A stretch of DNA of 64,000 bases from Candidatus Heimdallarchaeota archaeon (lineage in GTDB: Archaea > Asgardarchaeota > Heimdallarchaeia > Hodarchaeales > Hodarchaeaceae), in contig DXJL01000113.1 of NCBI GenBank assembly GCA_019057635.1, positions 6,737 through 70,736 of the forward strand, in the 5' to 3' direction. The notes below the pieces were generated by a model. It had not been told where the DNA came from and ran no database searches. It saw only the letters and a program-made list of their open reading frames with translations. Below, piece by piece: positions 1 to 9,426 of the stretch (positions are counted from its first letter, which is position 1; the number at the start of each line of letters is the position of its first letter). The position numbers and the translations under genes were made by a program.

Positions 1-1008
1 AAGAACTATTTTTTGCGATTTGCTGCCTGCTTTGGGCAATTTCTTACACTGTCAGATGCCATCATTAGCTACCGTCAACTTCCGTTAAAAATTTTTGAAA
101 TGGCAAAATCTTTCAGGCGTGAACAACGCGGGGAGCTTGCTGGACTACGTAGACTTAGAGCTTTCACCATGCCTGACTTACATACAGCTATAAGCGATAT
201 TAAGATGGCTAAAAAAGAGTTTGTTGAACAATTCCGTCTTGCATATCAATATATGCAAGATATTGAGGTTAATATTGAAACTGCATTCCGTATGACAACT
301 GAATTCTTTGATGAAAATAAGGAATGGGTAATCTCTCTTATAAAATTATTAAATAAACCAGTTCTACTCGAATTGTTCGAAACAAGATATGCGTATTTCA
401 TTTTAAAGTTTGAATTTAATGTGGTTGATACACAAAAGAAAGCTGCAGCACTTTCCACAGTTCAAATTGATGTAGAAAATTCTGAACGATTTGACATTAA
501 ATATACTAGCTCGAGTGGAAAAGAAATTTATCCATTATTAATGCATTGTTCGCTTTCCGGATCCACTGAGAGAGTCATTTATGGAATTATTGAGGAGCAA
601 ATTAAACGTTCTCAAAAAGGGTCGAAACCGCAATTTCCTTTATGGTTATCTCCTGCACAAGTAAGAATATTACCTGTATCTGAGGATTACCTTGATTTCA
701 CAAATACAATCGCAGAAGAACTGGAACAAAATGATATTAGAGTGGAAATTGATGATCGAGACTTATCTCTTGGTAAGAAAATTAGAGCTGCGGAGAAATT
801 ATGGACTCCCATTATTATTGTAGCTGGAGAAAAGGAACTGAATGAAGGAAAAGTGAGTGTAAGATATCGGTTCAATAATTCGCAAGAATTTCAAGCATTA
901 GAAGAAGTCGTCGAATTTATTCAAAGTCAGACTCAGGATAAACCGACCTATTTTCGAGTTTTTCCAAAGCTGGTTTCCCATCAGCCAATATTCTCCCGAG
1001 TAGTCTAG
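1..1008 (+). CDS. thrS: Threonyl-tRNA synthetase, C-terminal portion (class II catalytic core plus anticodon-binding domain). The gene starts upstream of the window.
   Basis: The class II motif-2-like FRREQRGELAGLRRLRAFTMPDLH is present. The C-terminal PLWLSPAQVRILPVSED...IRVEIDDRDLSLGKKIRAAEKLWTPIIIVAGEKELNEGKVSVRYR matches the ThrRS/ProRS-type anticodon-binding domain. The reading frame is open from base 1. Confidence 0.75.
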   Translation, partial: KNYFLRFAACFGQFLTLSDAIISYRQLPLKIFEMAKSFRREQRGELAGLRRLRAFTMPDLHTAISDIKMAKKEFVEQFRLAYQYMQDIEVNIETAFRMTTEFFDENKEWVISLIKLLNKPVLLELFETRYAYFILKFEFNVVDTQKKAAALSTVQIDVENSERFDIKYTSSSGKEIYPLLMHCSLSGSTERVIYGIIEEQIKRSQKGSKPQFPLWLSPAQVRILPVSEDYLDFTNTIAEELEQNDIRVEIDDRDLSLGKKIRAAEKLWTPIIIVAGEKELNEGKVSVRYRFNNSQEFQALEEVVEFIQSQTQDKPTYFRVFPKLVSHQPIFSRVV

Positions 1009-1204
1009 TAGGAGTACTTCAGAGTAATTTCGAATACAACCAATAAAATAGGTTTATTAATAATGCACAGAACTCTTAAAACAACCGCTATAAGAAAACT
1101 GTTTATGTATTTGAAACCCTCTCTGTCGAAGAGTAGTGAGTTTCTCAATAAATTTTATCTTTAGCACTTACAGCATCTGATTCAATTGATGATTGGTTTA
1201 GAAG

Positions 1205-1753
1205 ATGCCAACTAAATTATTTGGTCGAGAAATCGAAAATCAAATAGCCTTTGTCGGTCTTGCTAATGCAGGAAAAACAACATTAGTAAAACGACTGAAA
1301 GGGCATGATGACTTAGCAACAGTCCCTACTATGGGTATGAATATAGAAACGCTAAAGATTGGTGGTATTGAAGTTATGGCTGTGGATTTAGGTGGACAGC
1401 CTACATATCCTACTAGTCTTTGGGAACCATTTGTTTCAGAAGCATCGGGAGTGGTCTTTGTTTTCGATTCAGCTGACAGAGACAAAGTTGAAACTGCAGC
1501 TAAGTGGCTTAAGAATGTTATTCAATGGGCACCAGAGGATTCTGCATTTTTATTTCTAGCAAATAAACAAGATCTTGATGTTGCAATGTCTTTAGATAAT
1601 ATAATTAAAACCCTTGAACTGGAAACTGAAATGGCAAAACGCCCGCGAACATTTGGGGTTTATCCATGCTCTGCTCTCACTGGAGAAGGCGTTGATGAAC
1701 CTTGGCGATGGATGAGCGAGAGATTTCAAAGTAAACTAGCACAAAGAAAGTAA
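1205..1753 (+). CDS. Arf/Arl-family small GTPase
   Basis: G1 GLANAGKTT, switch I TVPTMGMN, Arf-type G3 VDLGGQ, G4 NKQD and G5 CSAL are all present. Confidence 0.8.
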   Translation: MPTKLFGREIENQIAFVGLANAGKTTLVKRLKGHDDLATVPTMGMNIETLKIGGIEVMAVDLGGQPTYPTSLWEPFVSEASGVVFVFDSADRDKVETAAKWLKNVIQWAPEDSAFLFLANKQDLDVAMSLDNIIKTLELETEMAKRPRTFGVYPCSALTGEGVDEPWRWMSERFQSKLAQRK

Positions 1754-1766
1754 AGAGGTATCTTCA

Positions 1767-2330
1767 ATGAGTTTCCTTACCAAACTACGCTCGAAGTTCG
1801 CAAGAGAACGATTAACGGTGAAAATTGCCTGGTTAGGGCTTGATCATGCAGGAAAGACAACAATCGTCAAAAGAATTACCTCTGGTGAATTCGATGATAG
1901 TACATTTCGTACACTTGGTATGAATGTAGACGAGTTCAGCTCTGGTAATGTTAGATTTATATCTTGGGACATCGGTGGCCAAGAAGCCTTTCGTGAATCC
2001 CTCTGGGAGAGTTATATGGCAGGTTCAATGGGAATTGTTTATGTAATTGATTCAAATGACCGACAACGTTTTGATGAAGCTCAAGCTGAATTATGGAAGT
2101 ATGTCTTAAATAATGATAAGGTAGAAAACATCCCCATTCTGGTACTTGCAAACAAACAAGATCTTGAAAATGCTGCATCAGCTGGAGAAGTTGCTCGCTC
2201 CCTTAATCTTCACAAAGTAACCACTCATTCATATGCAATCGTACCTACTTCAGCTAAAACAGGCTTCAATATTGAAGAAGGATTAGAATGGCTTCGACAG
2301 CGAGTTACTGAAAAAATAGAAACTCTCTGA
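1767..2330 (+). CDS. Arf/Arl-family small GTPase, second tandem copy
   Basis: The N-terminal amphipathic segment MSFLTKLRSKFARE is followed by G1 GLDHAGKTT, G3 WDIGGQ, G4 NKQD and G5 TSAKTG. It lies 13 bp after the previous GTPase. Confidence 0.8.
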   Translation: MSFLTKLRSKFARERLTVKIAWLGLDHAGKTTIVKRITSGEFDDSTFRTLGMNVDEFSSGNVRFISWDIGGQEAFRESLWESYMAGSMGIVYVIDSNDRQRFDEAQAELWKYVLNNDKVENIPILVLANKQDLENAASAGEVARSLNLHKVTTHSYAIVPTSAKTGFNIEEGLEWLRQRVTEKIETL

Positions 2331-2352
2331 AAAATAAGAAAATTCTATTATA

Positions 2353-3147
2353 TTATTTTTTCATAACTTTTTTGTCCGAGACAAGATTTACTCTTTCAGT
2401 TAACGTTATGAATAGTCGATGTAACTTTGTTAGATCTAAATTCTTATTTATTCTGGAATATATACGAATAGAAGGATCTTCTGACGAATCGATAGAAATA
2501 CGTACAACAGAATCACGAATGGCGTATATTTGCTTAAGAAGTGGTTTATCTTTGAGGAAGAAGTCGCCCATACGTTCAGATGTTGCTTTCATTAAAAAGA
2601 ATTGATCTAATAATTCAGAATCAAGTATAACGTCTTTTAACTGAAAAAGTAAGTCTTGATGTTTTTTAATTTGTCCTTCTTCATGATTGGGGATAATTTG
2701 TATTTTTGTTGGTAGTTTCCCTTTTTTTGCATTTCCTTCTAACGCAATGTAGTCATTTGCTCCTGAAAACCATGAGATTATCACAGATAACATTAAATGA
2801 CGCTCTTCCAACGCAAACACGACACGAAAATCTTTGAATGGAATTTTAGATGATTTTTTATATTTAGGAAATAATAGGCCACCATTGGAAGTTATTTGAT
2901 CAGTTACTAAATCATCAAATTCATTAGAAAATATTTCAAGAAGAGCATCCTTTGATACATTGATAATTTTATGATTCTTCCTCCTACCAGACCACAACAG
3001 GTAAAAAGTAAAAAATAGAACTAATCCTGGTCCTAAAAATATTACCATATAATCTAGAAGCCCGTATTGCTCAGATTGAAGAAAGAATTGTCCAATGAAA
3101 AGAAATTTTTCCATAAAAGGGTCGTATATTGCCATTTTGAATCTCAA
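2353..3147 (-). CDS. Hypothetical protein with an N-terminal membrane anchor
   Basis: A hydrophobic helix VIFLGPGLVLFFTFYLLW lies near the N-terminus. No motif was recognised. The ORF is long with a clean frame. Confidence 0.4.
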   Translation of the reverse strand: MRFKMAIYDPFMEKFLFIGQFFLQSEQYGLLDYMVIFLGPGLVLFFTFYLLWSGRRKNHKIINVSKDALLEIFSNEFDDLVTDQITSNGGLLFPKYKKSSKIPFKDFRVVFALEERHLMLSVIISWFSGANDYIALEGNAKKGKLPTKIQIIPNHEEGQIKKHQDLLFQLKDVILDSELLDQFFLMKATSERMGDFFLKDKPLLKQIYAIRDSVVRISIDSSEDPSIRIYSRINKNLDLTKLHRLFITLTERVNLVSDKKVMKK

Positions 3148-3228
3148 AATGACCTTCTGAATCGATGTTTAATATTATTTGCTTCGATCTGATTTCGAAT
3201 TTTTTAATTTCAGATTTATTCTTAGTTC

Positions 3229-3801
3229 TCAAGATATATCTAGGTAGCTGGCTATTTCTCTATATTGAAAAATATCACTTTGAGAATTTCCAACGACTTG
3301 AAAAAACTTATATTTGGCGATTCCATCTTCACCAACGTCATTAGGATCAACTACCAGTGCTACTGAAAGAGGTTGAACTAATTGAAAAGAGTATACATGA
3401 GTAGTAATATCAGTTTGTGATAAAAATAATCCATATCCAGGATGTGAATGCCACCAACCCACACAGAATTCTGGACCCGATAATTGATCAAAAACTTGAA
3501 AATCCTCATCAGAAAAAGATACTGAATATTCATCTCCCTGGGTTACATAAATTCCCTTTGATATCATTATTTCTTTTGAGCGAACTTCAATCCCGCTGAG
3601 CAAGCCAATAGCCTCTTTTGGTTTGGCTTCGATAGAATAATTGGTAATTTCTATAATTGTTTGCTGTGATATGGTAACAGAAATTGTCTCTAAACTCAAT
3701 CGAGACATCTCGTTGTTGGCCTGATCTGAATGTAGGCCGTCAATTGATTGGTCTGTTTCGTCCTCATTATCAGAATTTTCAGGGGGATCTTTATTTGTCA
3801 T
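3229..3801 (-). CDS. JAB1/MPN/Mov34 (JAMM) metalloprotease, a putative deubiquitinase of the Rpn11/CSN5 type
   Basis: The JAMM motif is intact: upstream Glu (EAIGLLSG) then HSHPGYGLFLSQTD, which is H-x-H-x7-S-x2-D. There is an acidic N-terminal extension. Confidence 0.85.
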   Translation of the reverse strand: MTNKDPPENSDNEDETDQSIDGLHSDQANNEMSRLSLETISVTISQQTIIEITNYSIEAKPKEAIGLLSGIEVRSKEIMISKGIYVTQGDEYSVSFSDEDFQVFDQLSGPEFCVGWWHSHPGYGLFLSQTDITTHVYSFQLVQPLSVALVVDPNDVGEDGIAKYKFFQVVGNSQSDIFQYREIASYLDIS

Positions 3802-3896
3802 TAGAATATGATTCCTTAGCTATTCAGTAATTCCAATTCCACCCAGATTCAACTTCATTAGTAATACCCCAGCAGACCTAATTGAAACAATAGGAA

Positions 3897-4448
3897 CTAA
3901 CTCGTTCCATGCTCTTTTGTCCATTTAACAGCTTTCTCCCAGAAATCATTGAAATTGGACTGCATGGATTTTCCAGCCTCTGGATTGAATGGATCGCCAG
4001 GATCAACGAGGTATTCTGGAAATTCAGAATCTCCTGAACTCTGATAGACATCAAGCATCATTTCGATATGCTCAAATACACTAGGTAGAGTTATAGTCTT
4101 TTTCCATCCACCAAGTTCACCTATATTGTTCCAATTGATTAAACTAAGACAAACATTAGAACCCCATTTCCAACGAGTTTCACCTATAGCAATATTGGGA
4201 TGCCAAATTGGTGTAATAAAATTAACAATTGGAGGTTTGAATGGATATTCAGGTGGTAAATCAACGGTGATTTTCCATTCCCCGTTTTCATACGGAGTGC
4301 CTTCTTTCCCTTTTATTGTAGCAGAGTAGTGATGAAGATCATTATCCACTATTAGCCACTTTATGGTAGCACTTTTTGGGGGATAAATCTTTAGCATTCG
4401 CTTAAATTCTTCCCTTAATCGTCTGGAATGTAGATCAGACATAAGCAA
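3897..4448 (-). CDS. Ubiquitin-conjugating enzyme E2 (UBC fold)
   Basis: PPEYPFKPP, the HPN motif (IWHPNI) and the catalytic Cys context NVCLSLIN are present. Confidence 0.85.
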   Translation of the reverse strand: MLMSDLHSRRLREEFKRMLKIYPPKSATIKWLIVDNDLHHYSATIKGKEGTPYENGEWKITVDLPPEYPFKPPIVNFITPIWHPNIAIGETRWKWGSNVCLSLINWNNIGELGGWKKTITLPSVFEHIEMMLDVYQSSGDSEFPEYLVDPGDPFNPEAGKSMQSNFNDFWEKAVKWTKEHGTS

Positions 4449-4763
4449 TCTCTCCTAGTTCATTAATCAGGTGGTATCCATTAACCTATAAACTTACTCC
4501 ATCAATTTTATTTAAAGCTGCTGATTGTCGGGTTAGAAGGAAAGCCATTATGAGCTAGTTTTTTAAGGTCAGTTATCAGAATGAACCTGCAGTAATTCAA
4601 TATTCTGGAAGAAAATAGCGAAATTTCTTGTTATATTGGAACACAAGAGGCTTAGATCATTACTAAATGTGTGATTAAAGACCTCCCTTGTGCGCTAGTG
4701 ATATTTTGGAAACTCGTATGATTTATCTCTTTCAGAAAAAGTAGTTGAAAATGAGGTAGAATT

Positions 4764-5552
4764 ATGACTGATATCGAGACAGAAGTTGCCCAGTGTAATG
4801 GATGTGGTGCTCCTCTATTAGGAAACCCTTCTTCTCTTCGTCCCGTTCATTGTGAATATTGTGATTTGACAAACTATCTCAGGAAATCACAGGGAATAGC
4901 TCCTGATGAAAGTTCAGTAAACGAGGAAGTGGAATCTGAACATTATTATCTTTTATATCAAGAATCCCAGAAAATACTGGAAAATTTTCCTGGGGAATTA
5001 GCGGGAGAGGAAGTAGGAAAAATTCGTATTAAAATGCAAGTTGGACAGTACGCATTTCCATTATTGATAGTGCTTGATGATTTACCAGAAAAACCCTTTA
5101 TCGATGGTCCAAATGTTCTTCGAGAAGTTATCAACTGTGAGATTAATGACTTAAATACTATGAAAGATTGGATACCTGGAACAAGTTCGGTATTAGATGT
5201 CTTAGAAGAAATCTACCAGATATCTGAAAATCAACTTCCTCAAAAAATGGAAGGCCCTTCAACGACAAGTGAGTCAAAAAGTACGATTAAAGAAAAAAAT
5301 CCCCTCATACGACAGATCTTGGAAAGTTATGATGCCACGCCAACAAGAAAAGAAATTAAAATTAACTTTTATGCACAAACAGGAGAAGTTATTCCATTCA
5401 CAATCAAAAGAAAAAAGAACTATCCGATAGGTCTCGAAAGTGAAGTTCTTTCGAGGTATCCACTTATCCGCGGACCTTTAGAGGATTATGCGAAAGGTCG
5501 TATTGATCTTATTACTGTGTTGGCCGAAATTGAACGCTTATTCTATGTGTAG
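4764..5552 (+). CDS. N-terminal zinc ribbon plus an E2-variant (UEV/RWD-like) domain protein; a candidate ESCRT-I Vps23/TSG101-like ubiquitin binder
   Basis: CNGCG...CEYCD forms a zinc ribbon. The central region LPEKPFIDGPNV resembles the E2 YPFKPP...HPN region but lacks the HPN motif and the active-site context. Confidence 0.35.
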   Translation: MTDIETEVAQCNGCGAPLLGNPSSLRPVHCEYCDLTNYLRKSQGIAPDESSVNEEVESEHYYLLYQESQKILENFPGELAGEEVGKIRIKMQVGQYAFPLLIVLDDLPEKPFIDGPNVLREVINCEINDLNTMKDWIPGTSSVLDVLEEIYQISENQLPQKMEGPSTTSESKSTIKEKNPLIRQILESYDATPTRKEIKINFYAQTGEVIPFTIKRKKNYPIGLESEVLSRYPLIRGPLEDYAKGRIDLITVLAEIERLFYV

Positions 5553-5574
5553 AGACAATCAGAGGTAAAAAATT

Positions 5575-5904
5575 ATGAATAATCGAAAAAAAGATGTTGT
5601 CTGGGACTCAAACGTTAATTCCCAAGGAACAACATCGGATGGTATTGAACGTATGATTAAAGTCCGTTTTAAGGACCCACAACTTCCACCAGATCAAAAC
5701 ATCCGTGAAAAATATATTAACATAAATGGTACAGTTTTTCAAGCAATTACAGCAGCACGTGACGCATTTAATATTCCTGAAGTTGTACCAATCGCACTAC
5801 TGTTTAAAGGTCGAAGAATGAATCCATCAAACAACCTTGTTTCGTACAATATTGAAGATAACGCCCTTCTAATGATAGTACCTGATCAGATAAAAGGGGG
5901 GTAA
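5575..5904 (+). CDS. Ubiquitin-like beta-grasp modifier with a C-terminal Gly-Gly
   Basis: The 109-aa protein ends ...PDQIKGG immediately before the stop codon. Its size and hydrophobic pattern fit a beta-grasp fold. A GAGGT RBS lies 8 nt upstream, and the gene sits directly upstream of E1. Confidence 0.7.
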   Translation: MNNRKKDVVWDSNVNSQGTTSDGIERMIKVRFKDPQLPPDQNIREKYININGTVFQAITAARDAFNIPEVVPIALLFKGRRMNPSNNLVSYNIEDNALLMIVPDQIKGG

Positions 5905-5939
5905 TCTCCTCCTATTTCTTCTTATTAAGGGAATTATCA

Positions 5940-7178
5940 ATGAACTCACATCTCCCTTATTCAAAATTTGATCGTCAAGAGCGTCTTTCGATTTGGGACC
6001 AGAGTCTCATTGAAAAAAGTTGTGTGTTAATAATAGGAATAGGAGGAACTGGGGGAGAAGTGGCCAAGAATTTATCTTTACTTGGGGTGGGAAAATTGAT
6101 TTTGGTAGATATGGATACAATCGAATTTTCAAACTTAAACCGCCAACTACTATTTTCAAAAGCAGATATTGGTAAGAATAAAGCAAAGATAGCTAAGAAA
6201 GTAATTAAAAAAAGGTATAATTCCACTTTGAAAATTGAGGCGTATAGTGATCCCATTCAATCACTGCCTTACAGAATTTTTGAGGAAGCTGACATAATTG
6301 CTGGGTGTGTTGATAACTTTCTCGCACGACAATTTATTAATGAAATTGTTATAGAATTATGTTTACCGTTAATCGATTCTGCAACCGATGGTTATTTTGG
6401 CCAGGTACAAAGTGTAAATCCAAGGAAAAACGCTTGTCTGGCTTGCGATTTTCCACCTCCTCCAGAAGAGACTCGCCTTCTATCTGCACCCTGTACTCTT
6501 GTTGGAACTCCAAGAATCAAAGAACATTGTGCATGGAAGGCCCTTTATGAATTTCATACTATGAATGATCGGGAACCTGATGAAAATTCCCCCGATGATG
6601 TTCAGGAGATTACAAACCTAGCAAATAAATTCGCTACCGATCACCAATTCCCACTCTTTGATACCAAAGAGATTATTCAACTTGTATTATACCACGTACC
6701 TAGTCTAATTACTGTTAATGCGGTAACTAGTGGAATTCAATCGCAAGAAATCATAAAAACTCTATTTATCAACAAAATGAAGCTTTTTAAAAAAAAGGAT
6801 CAGAAGGAATTCAAATCTCTTATCCGTGCACAACGATTCAGAATTCCTGATTTAACTATTTATTCTGCACTAACAGGAAATATTAGTTCTTTTAATCTTA
6901 TCAATGATCCAGATTGTTTGGTGTGTGGTAATTCTTCAATTTACCACCAAACTCCAGTAACAATAAATGTAAACCCAAAGTTGAAATGCAAAACGATTTT
7001 TACAATATTAAAGCGTAGATTCAAGAAAAATTATATAGGTTTTAGAGGAAATTTCATTATTCCAGCGGAAGCATTAATAGAAAATATTCTTCAAGACGGG
7101 GATAGAATAACCGTTAGTTCACTAGATGATGATAAAGAAAAAAGAATAAGAATTAAATTTAAAAAGAAGAAGGGTTAA
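5940..7178 (+). CDS. E1-like ubiquitin-activating enzyme (ThiF/MoeB/UBA fold)
   Basis: The nucleotide-binding GIGGTGGEVAKNL and the motif LVDMDTIEFSNLNRQ are present. There are CxxC pairs (CLACDF), a Cys-containing segment APCTLVGTP, and a roughly 150-aa C-terminal extension. Confidence 0.85.
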   Translation: MNSHLPYSKFDRQERLSIWDQSLIEKSCVLIIGIGGTGGEVAKNLSLLGVGKLILVDMDTIEFSNLNRQLLFSKADIGKNKAKIAKKVIKKRYNSTLKIEAYSDPIQSLPYRIFEEADIIAGCVDNFLARQFINEIVIELCLPLIDSATDGYFGQVQSVNPRKNACLACDFPPPPEETRLLSAPCTLVGTPRIKEHCAWKALYEFHTMNDREPDENSPDDVQEITNLANKFATDHQFPLFDTKEIIQLVLYHVPSLITVNAVTSGIQSQEIIKTLFINKMKLFKKKDQKEFKSLIRAQRFRIPDLTIYSALTGNISSFNLINDPDCLVCGNSSIYHQTPVTINVNPKLKCKTIFTILKRRFKKNYIGFRGNFIIPAEALIENILQDGDRITVSSLDDDKEKRIRIKFKKKKG

Positions 7179-7507
7179 TCTTCATCAGTGGAAGGGTAAA
7201 AAATACGTACCTTTCTTCTAAGCTTTGGTTTTATCGGTTGAATGGATGGATTAAGATAAGGGTCTTTCAGTCCAAAATCTTGAATTTTTTCTTTCGTAAA
7301 TTTGCTGTAAATTTGACTAGATATTCGATCACGAGAAGTTTGACGGGATTGGGGTTTTTTGGCACTAAATTTTCTTGGTGAAGGTACAGTTAATCGAATG
7401 GTCGTTCGTTTTCCACATTTAGGGCAATACCACGCACCTGTGACAGGTTGTTCATTTGAACGAGGAACATATCCACAAAATTGACATTTAAATTCAGATT
7501 CTCTCAT
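7175..7507 (-). CDS. Small zinc-ribbon protein with a basic tail
   Basis: CQFCG...CPKCG is followed by a Lys/Arg-rich C-terminus. It overlaps the E1 stop by 4 bp. Confidence 0.35.
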   Translation of the reverse strand: MRESEFKCQFCGYVPRSNEQPVTGAWYCPKCGKRTTIRLTVPSPRKFSAKKPQSRQTSRDRISSQIYSKFTKEKIQDFGLKDPYLNPSIQPIKPKLRRKVRIFYPSTDED

Positions 7508-7657
7508 TTGGTAACATCACACAAGATAATTACGTTGAAATTGGTTAAGATTTCCTTATACATGAAATAATAGTACACGTAATAATATTTGAATTAAATA
7601 TTATTAAGGTGAATAATATAAAAATGTCTCCCCTTTCATCGATTTAGCGTCTCTTGG

Positions 7658-9418
7658 TTGTGCATCATGTTAAGACGAAAGAAGAAGAAATGGCTAGAAG
7701 CAGTTTCTACGGCACAATCACCAATACGGATAGAGGATTTTTCTTCTTCTACTGATAAAATGAATGTTGTCGCCTTTTTATATGAAAAAATCCAACAACA
7801 ACAATTGGATGGGCTTTTAGACTATAATCATATCTATTTCATTCCGAAATCACATATCTACAAAAAAATTCAACAATTTCTAGACGCACAAGGAATGGTT
7901 GATATATGTGAACTAATAGACCTAATGAATTTACCAGGTAATTTGCTTGAGCCTATTATCCATGATTACGTGCAAGAAATAGACGGTTTTTTTGATTTAA
8001 TCAAACGAAAATTCTTTACACGATCAGGAGCTATCTCATTCATTACTAAACTTCTTGGTAACACTCCCACGCATGATCTTGAATATTTACTAAATCAGAT
8101 ATACTGGACAGATCACCAATTAGAAGCTGTATTAGACTTAATGGCGCAAAAAGATCTATTCAGGGGTTATATTGACCCTATCAAACAACGTTTATACAAC
8201 TTCAAATCCCTTCGTTTTTCCCTTACTACTCCGAATGAAGGATCGATGAGAGCCCTATCCCGATTCATAAATGCATCATTCCAAATTTCTTCAGAAGTTT
8301 CTTTAATAGACATTTCTCGCCTTACAACGCTACCACAGGATGATCCATTGAAATTTCTTGAACTCTTTGAGAATCGTTTGAGTTATATTAGTTCTAAGGA
8401 TAGAGATTATATATACTCTACAATCGATATTGTTTCGCAAATTATATGGGATATTTATGTGTATGAAGAGATACCTTTGGATTTCTGGGTAGCCAGGTTT
8501 GATCTTGGGTTTGAAGCCTTATCTGATCTATTATTAGTATTAAATGAAAGTTTTCGTGGTAGCTTATCAAAAAAGTTTCTAAAAGGTATTTCTTTGATTC
8601 ATTGGTTCGAACAAGGAATTGATATTGAAGGATTAGCTACAAAAATAAATATAGACGTCTTGAGATTGTTAAAAGAGATAACAACTATAGCCCTTCGTTT
8701 AGAACTTCGTTTGGTGGCAGGTGATTCAATAAATCCGTTTCTAGTGAAAGGAATCAGAGATTTAGAGATATTTTGTCAAATTGATACTTCCTCATATTCC
8801 AATCCTTCAGTATACTTTGAGTGCCAAAATTGTAGGAGGGTAATGTGCTCAAACTGCAGAAAAATTGATAGCACCCATGAATGTCCGTTTTGTGGAAATA
8901 TTTCTGCGTTTATTATCGATCTACCACGGAATTGTCCTACTTGCCAATTGACCTATGCTTATTCATATAATCTTGAAACAACTGAGGAGTGCTATTTCTG
9001 TGAACAAGGTCCATTGAAATCTGGATGGTTTACTTCAGAGCAAAAACCCTTGAGTCTTACCGCTACTGAAAATCAATTTGTTAATTTCATCCAGAATCAT
9101 CATTCTCCAATAATTCCTTTACAACAAATTATTGATTTTGTTAGTCAATCATCAGAAGAAGTCATAAAAATACTAGAAAAACTCATTACTCACAAAATCA
9201 TTGCGGGAACAATTAGCATTCAAAAATTGCAATTGAAAATTAAAAAAGCTTATGTTTCGTTTGAGTGTGTGGTTTGTAAATGGGTTAAAACCGATAAAAA
9301 GAAGTTTATCTGTAATTTGTGTAACGGAGAAGTCTGTGAAAATTGTTATCAAGGGATGGAGTCGGTTGGAATGGTTGATTGTCCAGAATGTGGATCATCT
9401 CTTGAGTTAGTAGAATAA
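7658..9418 (+). CDS. Large alpha-helical protein with a C-terminal cluster of zinc-ribbon/treble-clef modules; a candidate E3-like or ubiquitin-binding component
   Basis: The C-terminal 200 aa contain at least five CxxC pairs: CQNC-CSNC-CPFC, CPTC-CYFC and CVVC-x10-CNLC-CENC-CPEC. The C-x2-C-x10-C-x2-C spacing matches the RanBP2/NZF type. Confidence 0.4.
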   Translation: MCIMLRRKKKKWLEAVSTAQSPIRIEDFSSSTDKMNVVAFLYEKIQQQQLDGLLDYNHIYFIPKSHIYKKIQQFLDAQGMVDICELIDLMNLPGNLLEPIIHDYVQEIDGFFDLIKRKFFTRSGAISFITKLLGNTPTHDLEYLLNQIYWTDHQLEAVLDLMAQKDLFRGYIDPIKQRLYNFKSLRFSLTTPNEGSMRALSRFINASFQISSEVSLIDISRLTTLPQDDPLKFLELFENRLSYISSKDRDYIYSTIDIVSQIIWDIYVYEEIPLDFWVARFDLGFEALSDLLLVLNESFRGSLSKKFLKGISLIHWFEQGIDIEGLATKINIDVLRLLKEITTIALRLELRLVAGDSINPFLVKGIRDLEIFCQIDTSSYSNPSVYFECQNCRRVMCSNCRKIDSTHECPFCGNISAFIIDLPRNCPTCQLTYAYSYNLETTEECYFCEQGPLKSGWFTSEQKPLSLTATENQFVNFIQNHHSPIIPLQQIIDFVSQSSEEVIKILEKLITHKIIAGTISIQKLQLKIKKAYVSFECVVCKWVKTDKKKFICNLCNGEVCENCYQGMESVGMVDCPECGSSLELVE

Positions 9419-9426
9419 ATTAGTTA

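Noticed and set aside
246-2178. Antisense or overlapping short ORFs (246-458, 687-875, 1240-1485, 1957-2178 and similar embedded ORFs throughout the window, e.g. 6359-6550, 17475-17714, 20504-20728, 45743-45964, 46166-46453)
   Set aside because: Each lies inside a well-supported longer gene on the other strand or frame, with no independent motif. They are typical spurious ORFs.
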